A stretch of DNA of 24,000 bases from Candidatus Woesearchaeota archaeon (GCA_038874655.1 JAVZBY010000009.1:19156-43155); one strand, 5' to 3'; positions 1-7,709 are shown, counted from the first letter of the stretch. Notes: generated by a model from the letters alone, not told the origin. Numbers and translations: made by a program.

Positions 1-1120
1 CTTTCCCTGATAATAATTCTAAAGATGCACCCCCTCCTGTTGAAACTAAAGTCATTTTATCTTCTAAACCAAATTTAATTATGGCTTCTCCACTATCTCC
101 GCCACCAATGATTTTAGTTATGTTTAATTCTGCTAAATGCCTCGCAATATCCCATGTTCCTCTCTTAAATGGCTCCCATTCAAACACACCTATTGGGCCT
201 GCCCATACAACTGTTTTTGCTTTGCTTAGAATTTCTTTATATCCTGTTATAGTATAAGGGCCAATATCCATAATGATCCATCCTGTAATATCGTCTGGCA
301 AACCTGCACATCTTGTTTTTGCATTTTCTGAAAAAGAATCTGCACATATATAATCAACTGGCAAAGCTATTTTATTTGGATATTTTTCTAACATTTTTTT
401 TGCATAATCTAAATATTCTTTACTATACTTTGAATTTCCTATATTAAGGCCTTTTGCTTTTAAAAAGGTGTTTGCTAAAACACCACCTACAATTAGGGTA
501 TCCACTTTTTCAATTAATCTATCAATAACAGAGATTTTGTCTTCTTTTGCACCACCAATTATGGCAACAAAAGGTTTTTCTGGATTTTCCATTTTTTCTT
601 TTAAAAAAGTAACTTCTTTTTCCATTAAAAAGCCCATACAACTAGGTAAAAATTTTGGAATTCCTGAAACAGAGGCTTGGTCTCTATGACAAACACCAAA
701 AGCATCAAAAACAAAAAGATCTGCAAAAGATGCTAATTTCTCTGCTAATTTTAAGTCATTTTCTTCTTCGCCTTTATCAAATCTAATATTTTCTAACATT
801 ATCCTTTGAAAATCTGGTAAAACAGGAATGTTTCTAATATATGGGTTACTGTGAAACATAAAATCTTTCCCTAGTAATTGATTTAATCTTTCACAAACAG
901 GTTTTAGAGAAAATTCTGGTTGATATGATTCGGGTCTGCCCAAATGGCTTATTATTATTAATTGCTTAGGTTTTTTTTCTAAAATGTATTCTATTGTTGG
1001 AATTGCTTTTCTTATTCTAGAATCATCACTAATCACATTATTTTTTATGGGTACATTAAAATCAACTCTTAAAAGAACTCTTTTATCCTTAAAATTAAAA
1101 TCTTTTAATTTAAAATACAT
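1..1120 (-). CDS. pgk: phosphoglycerate kinase; the 3' end runs off the window start
   Basis: The minus-strand translation reads (M)MYFKLKDFNFKDKRVLLRVDFNVPIKNNVISDDSRIRKAIPTIEYILEKKPKQLIIISHLGRP, the PGK N-terminal signature. It continues to the window edge through ...DKMTLVSTGGGASLELLSGK, the PGK C-terminal STGGGA motif. Tandem ATGs lie at 1123-1121 and 1120-1118, and a GAGGTG Shine-Dalgarno-like box sits at 1127-1132. It is absent from the ORF track because no stop lies inside the window. Confidence 0.9.
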   Translation of the reverse strand, partial: MYFKLKDFNFKDKRVLLRVDFNVPIKNNVISDDSRIRKAIPTIEYILEKKPKQLIIISHLGRPESYQPEFSLKPVCERLNQLLGKDFMFHSNPYIRNIPVLPDFQRIMLENIRFDKGEEENDLKLAEKLASFADLFVFDAFGVCHRDQASVSGIPKFLPSCMGFLMEKEVTFLKEKMENPEKPFVAIIGGAKEDKISVIDRLIEKVDTLIVGGVLANTFLKAKGLNIGNSKYSKEYLDYAKKMLEKYPNKIALPVDYICADSFSENAKTRCAGLPDDITGWIIMDIGPYTITGYKEILSKAKTVVWAGPIGVFEWEPFKRGTWDIARHLAELNITKIIGGGDSGEAIIKFGLEDKMTLVSTGGGASLELLSGK

Positions 1121-1251
1121 CATTAACACCTCTTTTTTAAAAAAGTTTATGTGTTTTGAAAGATTATTGTTTTATATAAAAATTTCTTTTTATGAAATTT
1201 AAGTTTTATAAATAATTATTTATCCATACTTATATAAAACATCACTTTAAT

Positions 1252-2094
1252 TTAAACATCTATCCCGATATATTTTCTTAAAATGAAACCAACTAAAAAG
1301 CTTATTAATGCTACTGTTAAAGATATGATTGCCATTTCAATAAATTTTGGCAAGAATTTTGTGTTTTTTGCTGTTGAGATATAAAAAGTGTAAAAAGCTA
1401 TTATAGATATTGTTGTGGATAACATTATTATCATTGAAAGCATTACATTATTAATTAAAATAAAAGGAAGTATTAAAAGTAAGACTGTTATTATATAAGC
1501 GATTCCTGTATATGTTGCACCTTTTAATGAATCTTTATTGTTCTCTTCTTTTGAAGATAAATAGGCTGATGCTGCCATTGACATAGATGCAGCAAAACCA
1601 GTAATAAAACCTACTGTTGCAATTAATTTGCCATTTTGTATTGCTAATGATAAGCCTGCTAATGCTCCTGTTAATTCTACTAAGGCATCATTTAAACCTA
1701 AAACAATTGAACCCGCATATTCTATTCTTGAATCTTTTAGAATATTTATTAGTGCATTTTCATGATTATGCTCATCTTTTAACAATGTTTTAAAATCCTC
1801 ATGTTTTTGTGTTTCATAAAGTTTTTGTGCATATTGTTCTCCTTTTTCCATTAATCTTATTGCAAAAGAAATCCCAAAAATTTTAGCTAAAAAAGAATAT
1901 AAAAAAATTTTAAATTTATCTGGTTGGACATCTTTATTAGAATGTTTTTTTAAAATATTGTAATGCTTTAATTCATCATTAGATAATTTTTCAAGTGTTT
2001 TTTTATTATAATTATCTTTAGATCTTTTTGCTAAATTTAAATAAATAAAGTGTTCTGTTATTTCGTTTTTTTGTGCTTTTAGGATGAGGTTCAT
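1252..2094 (-). CDS. VIT1/CCC1-family Fe/Mn transporter with an N-terminal ferritin/rubrerythrin-like domain
   Basis: This is a 280-aa track ORF. The N-terminal helical E/H-rich region (EITEHFIYLNLA...ELKHY...EKGEQYAQKLY...DEHNHENAL) looks like a ferritin-like four-helix bundle. The VIT1 core motif GSIVLGLNDALVELTGALAGLS follows, with C-terminal transmembrane helices. Confidence 0.8.
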   Translation of the reverse strand: MNLILKAQKNEITEHFIYLNLAKRSKDNYNKKTLEKLSNDELKHYNILKKHSNKDVQPDKFKIFLYSFLAKIFGISFAIRLMEKGEQYAQKLYETQKHEDFKTLLKDEHNHENALINILKDSRIEYAGSIVLGLNDALVELTGALAGLSLAIQNGKLIATVGFITGFAASMSMAASAYLSSKEENNKDSLKGATYTGIAYIITVLLLILPFILINNVMLSMIIMLSTTISIIAFYTFYISTAKNTKFLPKFIEMAIISLTVALISFLVGFILRKYIGIDV

Positions 2095-2192
2095 TTTAAT
2101 TTTTTAATTTTTTTCTAAATCTTGGTAAATATTTTTTAATGTTATCATAAAATTTTTTAAAGATATCTTTAAAATTTATTTAAAATTTTGTT

Positions 2193-2837
2193 TTAATCTA
2201 TATAACCTTTAACAATTAATCTCCCCATTGGTGTTAAATCTACTGAAACTTTGCCTTTTTCTTCTTTTGTTTCAACTAAGCCCATTGTTTTTAAACCTTC
2301 TGATTTTAAATTGCCGTTTATATGATAAGAAATTAAAGGTAAACTCATTCCAGTAAGTTTACTTAATTCTTCTAACGAAGAACAACAATTTTTATCATAC
2401 AATATTTTTAAAATTTGCATTTTTTTATCTGGAATCATTCTATAATAACTGAATTTCATTACTGGAAGCATCATTACTTCATTTCCTGATGTTGCAAATG
2501 CCTTAAAACCATTAACAAATGCAGCACTTGTTGCTGCACATCTCGTAACTTTGTCACCTGTTGCAACATTGACTAAAACTTCTTTGTCTTTTTCATTAAT
2601 CTTTATTTCTGATATTGCTTTAAAGATATTCTCCCATATCTCTATTTCAGAATCCCCTTCTATAAAGATTATATGCATAGGAATTTTGTATTTTTCTAAA
2701 TCTTGCTTTAATTTATTTGCTTCTTCTTTTTTAGATAAAGGTGAAACTAGTATAACTTTTTCAGTTGGAAATTCTTTTAAACCAACAAATAATGCATCTG
2801 GGTTATCACCCATTGGAGCTATTATAATATATTTCAT
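2193..2837 (-). CDS. Csa3-like regulator: N-terminal Rossmann/CARF-like domain fused to a C-terminal winged helix-turn-helix
   Basis: This is a 214-aa track ORF. The N-terminus MKYIIIAPMGDNPDALFVGLKEF-PTEKVILVSP followed by NVATGDKVTRCAATSAAFVNG resembles the CARF/Csa3 strand-loop pattern. The C-terminus MQILKILYDKNCCSSLEELSKLTGMSLPLISYHINGNLKSEGLKTMGLVE is a typical wHTH. The ORF is solid, but the family assignment is by eye only. Confidence 0.55.
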   Translation of the reverse strand: MKYIIIAPMGDNPDALFVGLKEFPTEKVILVSPLSKKEEANKLKQDLEKYKIPMHIIFIEGDSEIEIWENIFKAISEIKINEKDKEVLVNVATGDKVTRCAATSAAFVNGFKAFATSGNEVMMLPVMKFSYYRMIPDKKMQILKILYDKNCCSSLEELSKLTGMSLPLISYHINGNLKSEGLKTMGLVETKEEKGKVSVDLTPMGRLIVKGYID

Positions 2838-2962
2838 GAATAAAAAAAAATTGATTTTTGTTTATATAATTTTTTATTTGATTTTTAAAATTTAATTTAA
2901 AAGAATTTGAAAAAGGTTTTTTATTTTTTTATTATTTAGATAGGAATTTTATTTAAGATAAG

Positions 2963-2970
2963 TTTAAATA
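2963..2970 (+). promoter_or_regulatory. TATA-like box (TTTAAATA) for top6B
   Basis: The box is centred about 26 nt upstream of the top6B ATG (2993). The same spacing is seen upstream of several other genes here and implies a leaderless or near-leaderless mRNA. The AT-rich background lowers specificity. Confidence 0.4.
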
Positions 2971-2992
2971 CCCTTATTTTTTTGAAAAATCT

Positions 2993-4816
2993 ATGCAAAC
3001 AAAATTAAATCCTAATGAAAATGAAAAATTAGAAAATAAAAACAATGAAAGTAATGAAAATAATTTTGATAATATAATTGATAATAAAAAGACAAATGAA
3101 AAAAAAGATAATGAAAATAACAAACCTATTGCGTTAGAATTAGCTAAAAAGCAGAGAGAAATTTCAATTGCTGAATTTTTTGAGAAAAATAGACATTTGT
3201 TAGGATTTGATAACAGAAAAAAAGCATTGTTAACTACAATAAAAGAAGCTGTTGATAATTCTTTAGATGCATGTGAAGAGGCAAAAATTCTTCCTGAAAT
3301 AGTTGTTATGATTACAGATATGGGTAATTATAGATATAGAGTTTTAATTGAAGATAATGGCCCTGGAATTGTTAAAGAACAAATTCCAAATATTTTTGCT
3401 AAATTACTTTATGGAAGCAAGTTTCATCGCTTAAAACAAAGTAGAGGACAACAAGGTATTGGAATTAGTGCTTCTGTAATGTATGGACAATTAACTACTG
3501 GAAGACCTGCAAAAATAATTTCTAAAATTGGGCCTAATTATCCTGCATATGAGATTGAATTAAAATTGGATACTAGTAAAAATAAACCAATTATTGTATC
3601 TCAAAAAGAGATTGAATGGCATAGAGATCATGGAACTAGTGTTGAAATAGATTTGGAAGGTGATTATTTAAAAGGTTCTCAATCTGTTGATGAATACTTA
3701 AAACAAACAGCAATAATAAATCCACATGCCACTATTATTTATCAACCTCCAAATGGAAGCCAAATTATGTTTGTAAGAGCAACAGAAGAATTACCAAAAG
3801 AAGCTAAAGAAATAAAACCACATCCTTATGGTGTTGAATTAGGTATGTTAATGAAGATGCTCGAGAACACAGAATATAGAACTTTACAATCATTTTTAAT
3901 TAATGAATTTTCAAGAGTCGGAAGTGGAACTGCAAAAGAGATATGTGAACATGCTTTTTTATTGCCTAACACAGATCCAAGAAAGATGAGTAGAGAAATG
4001 GCTGAAAAATTAATGGAGGGAATTAAAAAAACAAAAATAATGAATCCACCAACAGACACAATTTCTCCAATTGGAAAAGAGCTATTAGAAAAAGGGTTAA
4101 AAAAGGAGATTAATGCTGAATTTTATACCTCAACAACAAGACCTCCTGCTGTATATAGAGGAAATCCTTTTATTGTTGAAGCTGCTATTGCATATGGAGG
4201 TAATTTGCCAGAAGAAGAACCAGTTGAAGTATTAAGATTTGCTAATAGAGTTCCATTGCTTTATCAACAAGGTGCTTGCGCAATAACAAAAGCAATTACA
4301 ACAACAAATTGGAAATCTTATGGATTAAAACAAAGCACAGGAAGTTTACCAATTGGCCCGTGTGTTATTCAAGTCCATATAGCATCTGTTTGGGTACCTT
4401 TTACAAGTGAAGCAAAAGAAGCTATTGCTCATTATCCTGAAATAATAAAAGAAGTAAAGCTTGCATTACAAGAAGTTGGTAGAGAATTAGGCAAATATTT
4501 GAGTAAAAAACAAAGATTAAAACATGAATTAACAAAAGTTGATTATATATCAAAATATCTACCTCATGTAAGTTCTGCATTACAAGAAATATTAAAATTA
4601 GATGAAAATGAAAAACAAAGATTAGAGCAGCATTTAAGAGTAGTTTTAGAAAAAACAAGAAGCGTTAAGATGGATGAATTAGAAGAATTAAAGAAGGATT
4701 ATGGGCCAAAAATAAAAAGAGAATCTATTGAGGACTATGAATATATAGAGAATGAAGATGAAGTTTATGAAGAAGACAATAGTGAAAAAAAGAAAATCAG
4801 AAAATTTGGATTTTGA
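2993..4816 (+). CDS. top6B: DNA topoisomerase VI subunit B
   Basis: This is a 607-aa ORF with Bergerat-fold GHKL motifs: N-box [10 protein letters not shown]1 DNGPGI and G2 GQQGIG. The conserved leader [16 protein letters not shown] is present, followed by a transducer domain. It lies directly upstream of top6A. It also has an N/K/E-rich N-terminal extension of about 45 aa and an acidic C-terminal tail. Confidence 0.93.
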   Translation: MQTKLNPNENEKLENKNNESNENNFDNIIDNKKTNEKKDNENNKPIALELAKKQREISIAEFFEKNRHLLGFDNRKKALLTTIKEAVDNSLDACEEAKILPEIVVMITDMGNYRYRVLIEDNGPGIVKEQIPNIFAKLLYGSKFHRLKQSRGQQGIGISASVMYGQLTTGRPAKIISKIGPNYPAYEIELKLDTSKNKPIIVSQKEIEWHRDHGTSVEIDLEGDYLKGSQSVDEYLKQTAIINPHATIIYQPPNGSQIMFVRATEELPKEAKEIKPHPYGVELGMLMKMLENTEYRTLQSFLINEFSRVGSGTAKEICEHAFLLPNTDPRKMSREMAEKLMEGIKKTKIMNPPTDTISPIGKELLEKGLKKEINAEFYTSTTRPPAVYRGNPFIVEAAIAYGGNLPEEEPVEVLRFANRVPLLYQQGACAITKAITTTNWKSYGLKQSTGSLPIGPCVIQVHIASVWVPFTSEAKEAIAHYPEIIKEVKLALQEVGRELGKYLSKKQRLKHELTKVDYISKYLPHVSSALQEILKLDENEKQRLEQHLRVVLEKTRSVKMDELEELKKDYGPKIKRESIEDYEYIENEDEVYEEDNSEKKKIRKFGF

Positions 4817-4873
4817 AGAAAATAATTATGAAGAATATGAAAATGAAGAATAAGATTAAACGGATGATGTAAA

Positions 4874-5968
4874 ATGACTGAAAATCAAGAACCAGTTCCT
4901 GAAAAAATAAAAAAAATATCAATGAAAATTTATAATGAAATAATCAATGAGCAAAAACCAGAAATAAATATGCCATTGAGAAGTTTGGCTAATGTCACAT
5001 ATGATGAGAAGGTTGGATATTTTGAATTGGATAACAAATTTAAATCTAGAACATTAACAGCATCAACAGTAAAGACATTTGCACAAACATTAAGGATGAT
5101 GGCACTCTCAAAAAATATTGTAGAAACAGATGATATTGCAACAAAGAGAGAAGTTTATTATGTAAGTAAAAATTGGGGAGATGCTAGATTTCATGAGCAA
5201 ATAGAATCTGATACTGTTATGGATGATATTGAAGCAATGTTTATGGTAAATAGAGAGCAACTAGGTTTTATTCCTGAAGAAAAAGGAGGTGATGTTGCAG
5301 GAAAATTAATTGTTATTGATAAAGATCCTGATACTGGAAAAGAATTAAGAATTGATTGCACAAAGTTTGGCTCCGGTGCATATTCTATTCCTATTTCTGT
5401 TGAGCATTTAAAATTTGAGACAGATGCGAAATTTATTTTAGCAATTGAAACAGCAGGTATGTTTCAAAGATTAGTTAAGCATGCATATTGGAAAACTGCT
5501 AATTGTATTTTAGTTTCAATGGGAGGAGTTCCTACTAGAAGTGTTAGAAGATTTATAAGAAGATTGGCAGATGAGAAAGGAATTCCTGTTTATGTTTTCA
5601 CTGATGGAGATCCTTATGGTTTTTTGAACATTTATAGAACTTTAAAAGTTGGGAGTGGTAATGCTGCTCATATTAACAAATATTTTTGTGTGCCACAAGC
5701 AAAGTTTTTTGGAATTACAACACAGGACATAATTGATTATAAATTACCAACTCATCCATTAAAAGATGTTGATATTAAAAGAATAAAAGATGGTATTAAA
5801 AATGATCCTTTTGTTAAACATTATAAACAATGGGAAAAAGCATTAATAGAAATGGCTAAAATGAAAAAAAGAGCAGAACAACAGGCATTAGCTCAATGGG
5901 GTTTAAATTTTGTTATTAGCAATTATTTGCCTGATAAATTGAAAAATCCGAAAAGCTGGTTGCCTTAA
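4874..5968 (+). CDS. top6A: DNA topoisomerase VI subunit A (Spo11 homologue)
   Basis: This is a 364-aa ORF. The catalytic-tyrosine motif KREVYYVSK is present. Toprim motifs are LAIETAGMF (the glutamate) and TDGDPYG (DxD). It starts 57 nt after the top6B stop on the same strand. Confidence 0.95.
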   Translation: MTENQEPVPEKIKKISMKIYNEIINEQKPEINMPLRSLANVTYDEKVGYFELDNKFKSRTLTASTVKTFAQTLRMMALSKNIVETDDIATKREVYYVSKNWGDARFHEQIESDTVMDDIEAMFMVNREQLGFIPEEKGGDVAGKLIVIDKDPDTGKELRIDCTKFGSGAYSIPISVEHLKFETDAKFILAIETAGMFQRLVKHAYWKTANCILVSMGGVPTRSVRRFIRRLADEKGIPVYVFTDGDPYGFLNIYRTLKVGSGNAAHINKYFCVPQAKFFGITTQDIIDYKLPTHPLKDVDIKRIKDGIKNDPFVKHYKQWEKALIEMAKMKKRAEQQALAQWGLNFVISNYLPDKLKNPKSWLP

Positions 5969-6012
5969 AATTGATTATTTTATCACTTAGATAATCTTAA
6001 AGCAATAAGTTA

Positions 6013-6336
6013 TTACCAAGAATTTTCAGAATCCTTAAATAAAGAAGGTAAACCAAAAATTAATCTTGCTCTGTTTACAAAATCAAATTCCTCTAATTTT
6101 AAAGCAATTGGTTTTAAATGTCCTTTGTCAATTTGCCAAATACTATACCTAATACCTCCAGGAATTTGTGATATTAATAAATCTAGGTTAGAATAATCAT
6201 TTATTTTTGAACCATGAGAAAAATTATGAATAGTAGGAACTATAGAAATTGTAATTATATAACCTAAATCAGTTAAGATATGAATGCTTCATGAACATTT
6301 TTTAAAGATATTTCTCCATATATCATTTATTAACAT
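6013..6336 (-). pseudogene. 107-codon ORF interrupted by a single in-frame TGA at codon 16 (6289-6291); product unknown
   Basis: My own translation gives ATG (6336-6334) MLINDIWRNIFKKCS-TGA-SIHILTDLGYIITISIVPTIHNFSHGSKINDYSNLDLLISQIPGGIRYSIWQIDKGHLKPIALKLEEFDFVNRARLIFGLPSLFKDSENSW-TAA (6015-6013). The 91 codons after the TGA contain no ATG, GTG or TTG, so the ORF is missing from the track. Confidence 0.3.
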
Positions 6337-6434
6337 TTTTATCCTATTATACTTAAAGGTTTCTATTTTTTTAAAAAAATTAGTTAATAATTATCCAAAA
6401 CATTTTAAAATAGAAAGAAAATCCTTTATTTAAA

Positions 6435-6535
6435 GGCCTAGTAGCTCAGCTTGGATAGAGCGGCAGCCTTCTAAGATAATGCATAAATGCATCAAAGTCA
6501 GCTGAAGGTCGGGGGTTCAAATCCTCCCTAGGCCA
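6435..6535 (+). tRNA. tRNA-Arg (anticodon TCT) with a 26-nt intron
   Basis: The hand-folded cloverleaf is acceptor GGCCTAG/CTAGGCC, D arm GCTC-AGCTTGGATA-GAGC, anticodon stem GCAGC/GCTGA (27:43 mismatch), loop CT-TCT-A[intron]A, variable AGGTC, T arm GGGGG-TTCAAAT-CCTCC, and discriminator A. No CCA is encoded. Confidence 0.9.
6474..6499 (+). other. tRNA-Arg intron at position 37/38 (boundaries +/-1 nt)
   Basis: The sequence AGATAATGCATAAATGCATCAAAGTC interrupts the anticodon loop. It contains a 5-bp hairpin, AUGCA-UAAA-UGCAU. Confidence 0.7.
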
Positions 6536-6646
6536 TAATCAATTTCCATTCTTAAACTTTAAAAAAAAGTATGGTTTTATTTATAGTATTTATAAAGTTT
6601 AAATTATTATATTTAAAATATTTGTGCTTTAAATTGTAAAGATTAT

Positions 6647-6775
6647 GCCACGGTCGCATAATGGTATTGCGAGGGTCTCGAATATAAAATATATGCAAAA
6701 AAATTATGTGAAAAGATTAATTATACAGAAAACCCTTGCCGAAAGGCATTCTCGGTTCGAATCCGAGCCGTGGCG
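6647..6775 (+). tRNA. tRNA-Ser (anticodon CGA) with a 48-nt intron
   Basis: The fold is acceptor GCCACGG/CCGTGGC, a D arm containing GG, anticodon stem AGGGT/ACCCT, and loop CT-CGA-A[intron]A. The long variable arm TGCC-GAAA-GGCA is class II, consistent with Ser. The T arm is CTCGG-TTCGAAT-CCGAG and the discriminator is G. Confidence 0.9.
6683..6730 (+). other. tRNA-Ser intron at position 37/38 (boundaries +/-1 nt)
   Basis: A 48-nt AT-rich insert lies between CTCGAA and A-ACCCT. Confidence 0.7.
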
Positions 6776-6790
6776 TTTTTTTTATGTTTT
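6759..6790 (+). repeat. Direct repeat copy 1: tRNA-Ser 3' end (T-arm 3' strand, acceptor 3' strand, discriminator) plus its T-run
   Basis: GAATCCGAGCCGTGGCGTTTTTTTTATGTTTT is identical to 6859-6890. Confidence 0.95.
6776..6783 (+). terminator. T8 run after tRNA-Ser (archaeal oligo-T terminator)
   Basis: Eight consecutive T residues follow the discriminator base directly. Confidence 0.55.
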
Positions 6791-6853
6791 GCGATAGCAA
6801 AACCTTTTTACGGAGTAAAAAGATTTTTGATTAAACTTTTGTTTAAAAGTTTA
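6787..6853 (+). other. Three consecutive perfect stem-loops between the two direct repeats
   Basis: The three hairpins are TTTTGC-GATA-GCAAAA (6787-6802), CTTTTTAC-GGA-GTAAAAAG (6804-6822) and TAAACTTTT-GTTT-AAAAGTTTA (6832-6853). All were read directly from the sequence. Confidence 0.8.
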
Positions 6854-6858
6854 GTTCT

Positions 6859-6890
6859 GAATCCGAGCCGTGGCGTTTTTTTTATGTTTT
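6859..6890 (+). repeat. Direct repeat copy 2 (orphan tRNA-Ser 3' fragment plus T-run)
   Basis: It is identical to the 32-mer at 6759-6790 and lies exactly 100 bp downstream. No tRNA body precedes it. Confidence 0.95.
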
Positions 6891-6950
6891 AATTTTCTTT
6901 TAGTTATATTTAATTAGTTTAAGATCTTAATATTTTTAGTAATATAAGAT

Positions 6951-7505
6951 TTAATAAGTTTTTTTTGCTAATTCAATATATCCTTCTGGAATGACAAATT
7001 TTCCGTTTTCTATCAAATATCTATAGGGTAAAATTACTTCTTGATATTTGCCAATTTTTATTTTTAATTTTTTAAATTTCATTTTTTCTATTGGCAAACC
7101 ATGTATTATTTTCCAAGCTACATATGCAGCTGTATTAGTAGACATTTGTACTTTACCTAAATTTCTTGAAGGATAATTTAATTTATTAGTTAATTCTTTT
7201 TTTGTCCTTTTTTGAGGTGGATAATCTCCTAAAATACCTCCAATTATTAGATAATCAAATTTATCATTTGGTGTTAAGGTTTGTTTAGCAAATGGATCTA
7301 AAACACATGCATTTTTGAAATTTAATTTTTCAATTTTTTCTTTATAAATGGTTCCATAATCTTTTAATTTCTCACTTGCTTTATCTGTTTTTATATTAGT
7401 AAAAATAATGTTTTCTTTACCTATTAATTGTGAGGCATGTATATATTCTAATAAAGACCATTTCCATAATCTTTTATCTAAATGCTCTATTATTATTTTT
7501 GTCAT
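6951..7505 (-). CDS. SPOUT-class methyltransferase, Sfm1/DUF431-like
   Basis: This is a 184-aa ORF. IIEHLDKRLWKWSLLEY, CVLDP, FDYLIIGGILGDYPPQKRTKEL, LGKVQMSTNTA, LPYRYL and IPEGYIELAKK match my recollection of the DUF431/Sfm1 family pattern. A TATA-like box at 7527-7536 lies about 26 nt upstream of the ATG. Confidence 0.72.
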   Translation of the reverse strand: MTKIIIEHLDKRLWKWSLLEYIHASQLIGKENIIFTNIKTDKASEKLKDYGTIYKEKIEKLNFKNACVLDPFAKQTLTPNDKFDYLIIGGILGDYPPQKRTKKELTNKLNYPSRNLGKVQMSTNTAAYVAWKIIHGLPIEKMKFKKLKIKIGKYQEVILPYRYLIENGKFVIPEGYIELAKKTY

Positions 7506-7584
7506 TAAAAAAAGAAAGTTGAAAACTTTTATAAATATGTCAATTTTTTATAATTATTAAGTAAAATCAATTTGTAAAAATAAT

Positions 7585-7708
7585 GCGGGGGTAGCCAAGC
7601 GGCTAAGGCAGTCGCCTGCAGTGCTGCCGAATGCTATGGCTGTGTAGAGCCGAAAGGCAATGACATTTAGACAGCGACGATTCGAGGGTTCGAGTCCCTC
7701 CCCTCGCT
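7585..7708 (+). tRNA. tRNA-Cys (anticodon GCA) with a 51-nt intron
   Basis: The fold is acceptor GCGGGGG/CCCTCGC (one G-U pair), D arm GCC-AAGCGGCTAA-GGC, anticodon stem GTCGC/GCGAC, loop CT-GCA-G[intron]A, variable GATTC, and T arm GAGGG-TTCGAGT-CCCTC. The discriminator is T; U73 is the known Cys identity element. The 102-aa track ORF at 7557-7865(-) is a shadow of this gene. Confidence 0.88.
7622..7672 (+). other. tRNA-Cys intron at position 37/38, GC-richer and structured
   Basis: The intron is TGCTGCCGAATGCTATGGCTGTGTAGAGCCGAAAGGCAATGACATTTAGAC. It contains a GCC-GAAA-GGC tetraloop hairpin at 7649-7659. Confidence 0.7.
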
Positions 7709-7709
7709 C

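Noticed and set aside
2993-3130. N/K/E-rich N-terminal extension of about 45 aa on Top6B, before the conserved ...[20 protein letters not shown]
   Set aside because: It is probably compositional low complexity typical of AT-rich genomes. No alternative downstream ATG exists before the conserved region, so it is likely real but not evidently functional.
4786-4792. A AAA AAG heptamer in the correct X XXY YYZ register near the end of top6B (a dnaX-like -1 frameshift site). Separately, the +1 frame continues the acidic tail as [14 protein letters not shown].
   Set aside because: The -1 frame yields only a short K-rich peptide ending just before the top6A ATG. No downstream stimulatory hairpin is evident, and A-runs are abundant in this genome. 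top6B and top6A share a reading frame but are separated by several in-frame stops, so no fusion product is plausible.
6289-6291. The in-frame TGA read as selenocysteine
   Set aside because: I could find no GC-rich SECIS-like stem-loop in the short 3' UTR (5969-6012), only a 5-bp AT hairpin. Sec usage is known from few archaeal lineages. The TGA is kept as a finding, but Sec is not the favoured explanation.
6859-6875. The orphan tRNA-Ser 3' fragment read as a split-tRNA 3' half (Nanoarchaeum style)
   Set aside because: It covers only the last 17 nt (T-arm 3' strand, acceptor and discriminator), not a half starting at position 38. An intact tRNA-Ser lies 100 bp upstream. It fits an att-type duplication better.
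6474-7672. C/D-box sRNAs encoded in the tRNA introns, as in some archaeal tRNA-Trp introns
   Set aside because: No RUGAUGA / CUGA box pair occurs in any of the five introns.
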